From a virus, in IMG/VR virus record IMGVR_UViG_3300024259_000003: a DNA stretch of 50,328 nucleotides; one strand, 5' to 3'. Both the position numbers and the translations under genes were made by a program. The notes under the pieces were generated by a model, which saw nothing but the letters and a program-made list of their open reading frames with translations, had not been told where the DNA came from and did not search any database. The number at the start of each line of letters is the position of its first letter. Position 1 is the stretch's first letter. Of this stretch, positions 49,282 to 50,328 are shown piece by piece.

Positions 49282-50328
49282 ATGGCTACCAATGTAAAAA
49301 AGATATTCAGTTCAACAGAGCTAACGGGTTACGCTGTTCACTTATTCAGGTCGAGCGAGGCATGGCTTGATGATGTCCCGAATCATGTCGTTGGCGCATT
49401 CTCTGTAAATCAGTACGGTTTTACATACGACATTGATGACACAAACATATGGGACCCAACGGTAATATATAAAATAGTCAAATCTTCTGATGGTGGCACA
49501 ACAGAAACCATCATTCAAGACAATTTGATGCTTGCTGATATTAAAACAGCAACGGATCTCGAGACTCACATCGCTGACACAACGACTCATGGATCTGCTA
49601 CTGCGCTCGTTGGCGTTGATGAGACACAGACATTGACAGCAAAAGTAATCAATGCCCCGGACAACACGATCCAGAATCTTGATGGGTCTAATCACAAAGC
49701 AGACACATCCGGTAATGAGCATCCTGCAATGATGGTCAAGCCCGGATCTGATGATACTGTATTTCATATAGTCACGTCGACAACGACCGTATTGAGTATT
49801 CAGGCTGCTAATGCTGCCAAGAGCGCGAACCGGATATTCAGATTCATCGCGGGATCTATTGACATTCAAGATAAAGATGGCAATGATATCGTCATCACAG
49901 GACTCGCTGCAGCAACATTGACAAAAGAAGCTGTGCGATTTGACGAATTTGATGCTCTTAATACTCGCGTAACGAACCTTGAGGGCGGAGGTACATTCAC
50001 TGGATCTCCGGTTGTAAGTGGAAGTGTGACGATACAGCGACAGATCAGAGGTGTAAATAGGATCGTTTCAACAAGACTCCGACTCGGTTTTGAGATGGAT
50101 GTCACGAATCAAGGCAACCCTACTCGTTGGGAAATATTCAGCGGTGAAAGTCAGCCGAATGTTTCTGTTGGATCAATAACCGCTGCCGAGTTGGATTATC
50201 TGCGCGACAATTATAACCGGATATTGATAAGAAGCGGTGAGGGAAATGCCTTTGATTTCGAGACTGTATCGGATCTTTACTTTGTGTTTGTTGCTGTTGA
50301 TGATAGCAACGTCAAGTATTCAAGTGAT
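49282..50328 (+). CDS. Tail fibre / receptor-binding protein, N-terminal part; the ORF runs off the window end and continues at 128..640 (about 519 aa in total)
   Basis: ATG at 49282 just after the preceding tail gene. The frame is open for 349 codons to the last base. The last 42 codons equal codons 2..127, which read on to the stop at 638-640. It follows the tape measure and tail-tip genes. It is absent from the ORF track because there is no stop inside the window. Confidence 0.7.
   Translation, partial: MATNVKKIFSSTELTGYAVHLFRSSEAWLDDVPNHVVGAFSVNQYGFTYDIDDTNIWDPTVIYKIVKSSDGGTTETIIQDNLMLADIKTATDLETHIADTTTHGSATALVGVDETQTLTAKVINAPDNTIQNLDGSNHKADTSGNEHPAMMVKPGSDDTVFHIVTSTTTVLSIQAANAAKSANRIFRFIAGSIDIQDKDGNDIVITGLAAATLTKEAVRFDEFDALNTRVTNLEGGGTFTGSPVVSGSVTIQRQIRGVNRIVSTRLRLGFEMDVTNQGNPTRWEIFSGESQPNVSVGSITAAELDYLRDNYNRILIRSGEGNAFDFETVSDLYFVFVAVDDSNVKYSSD
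50202..50328. repeat. Terminal direct repeat, right copy (identical to 1..127)
   Basis: Verbatim identity with 1..127 read directly from the sequence; unique genome length is therefore 50201 bp. Confidence 0.95.

Noticed and set aside
49342-50105. Two minus-strand ORFs (49342..49869, 49866..50105)
   Set aside because: They are antisense to the tail-fibre ORF that wraps around the circular junction. The plus frame is open for 349 codons here and continues to 640.
1-50328. Looked for CRISPR arrays, diversity-generating retroelement parts (reverse transcriptase, template/variable repeat pair near the LamG or fibre genes), integrase/attP, toxin-antitoxin pairs, homing endonucleases and inteins
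   Set aside because: I saw no regularly spaced repeats, no RT-like (YxDD) ORF, no long near-identical repeat pair with A-specific mismatches, no tyrosine or serine recombinase motifs, and no HNH/LAGLIDADG ORFs. Their absence is judged by eye only.

Overview
The window is a complete, circularly closed genome of about 50.2 kb from a tailed dsDNA phage. Bases 1-127 are repeated verbatim at 50202-50328, and one tail-fibre ORF runs across that junction. The virion module is siphovirus-like: TerS/TerL, a portal-MuF fusion, HK97-type protease and capsid, TP901-like major tail protein, chaperone pair and tape measure, with no sheath. No integrase or obvious repressor was recognised.

Layout:
- 2-6870 (+): end of the tail fibre, six consecutive signal-peptide proteins, a lysis cassette with an Amidase_2 endolysin.
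- 6937-7136: a self-contained tRNA-Met(CAU) unit.
- 7337-22104 (+): recombination, replication and DNA-modification genes (SMC-like ATPase, Gp157-like, ERF, SNF2, DnaC-like loader, C5-MTase, ASCH, Gp37/Gp68, nucleases).
- 22207-27096 (-): an accessory block (amidoligase, GGCT, ArdC-N-like, C2H2 finger).
- 27535-32489 (+): an early block (GroES-like, two MTases, Lar-like protein, lipoprotein).
- 32590-50328 (+): packaging, head and tail genes.

Most unusual observations:
- A 168-codon alternative-frame ORF sits inside the compact C5-methyltransferase gene, and its translation itself looks methylase-related.
- Six Sec-signal proteins follow the tail fibre.
- An amidoligase/GGCT pair lies in the minus-strand block.
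- A ParB-MTase gene has no canonical start codon.
- Several intergenic RNA structures are repeated or interleaved.

All family assignments come from reading motifs by eye. No searches were run.
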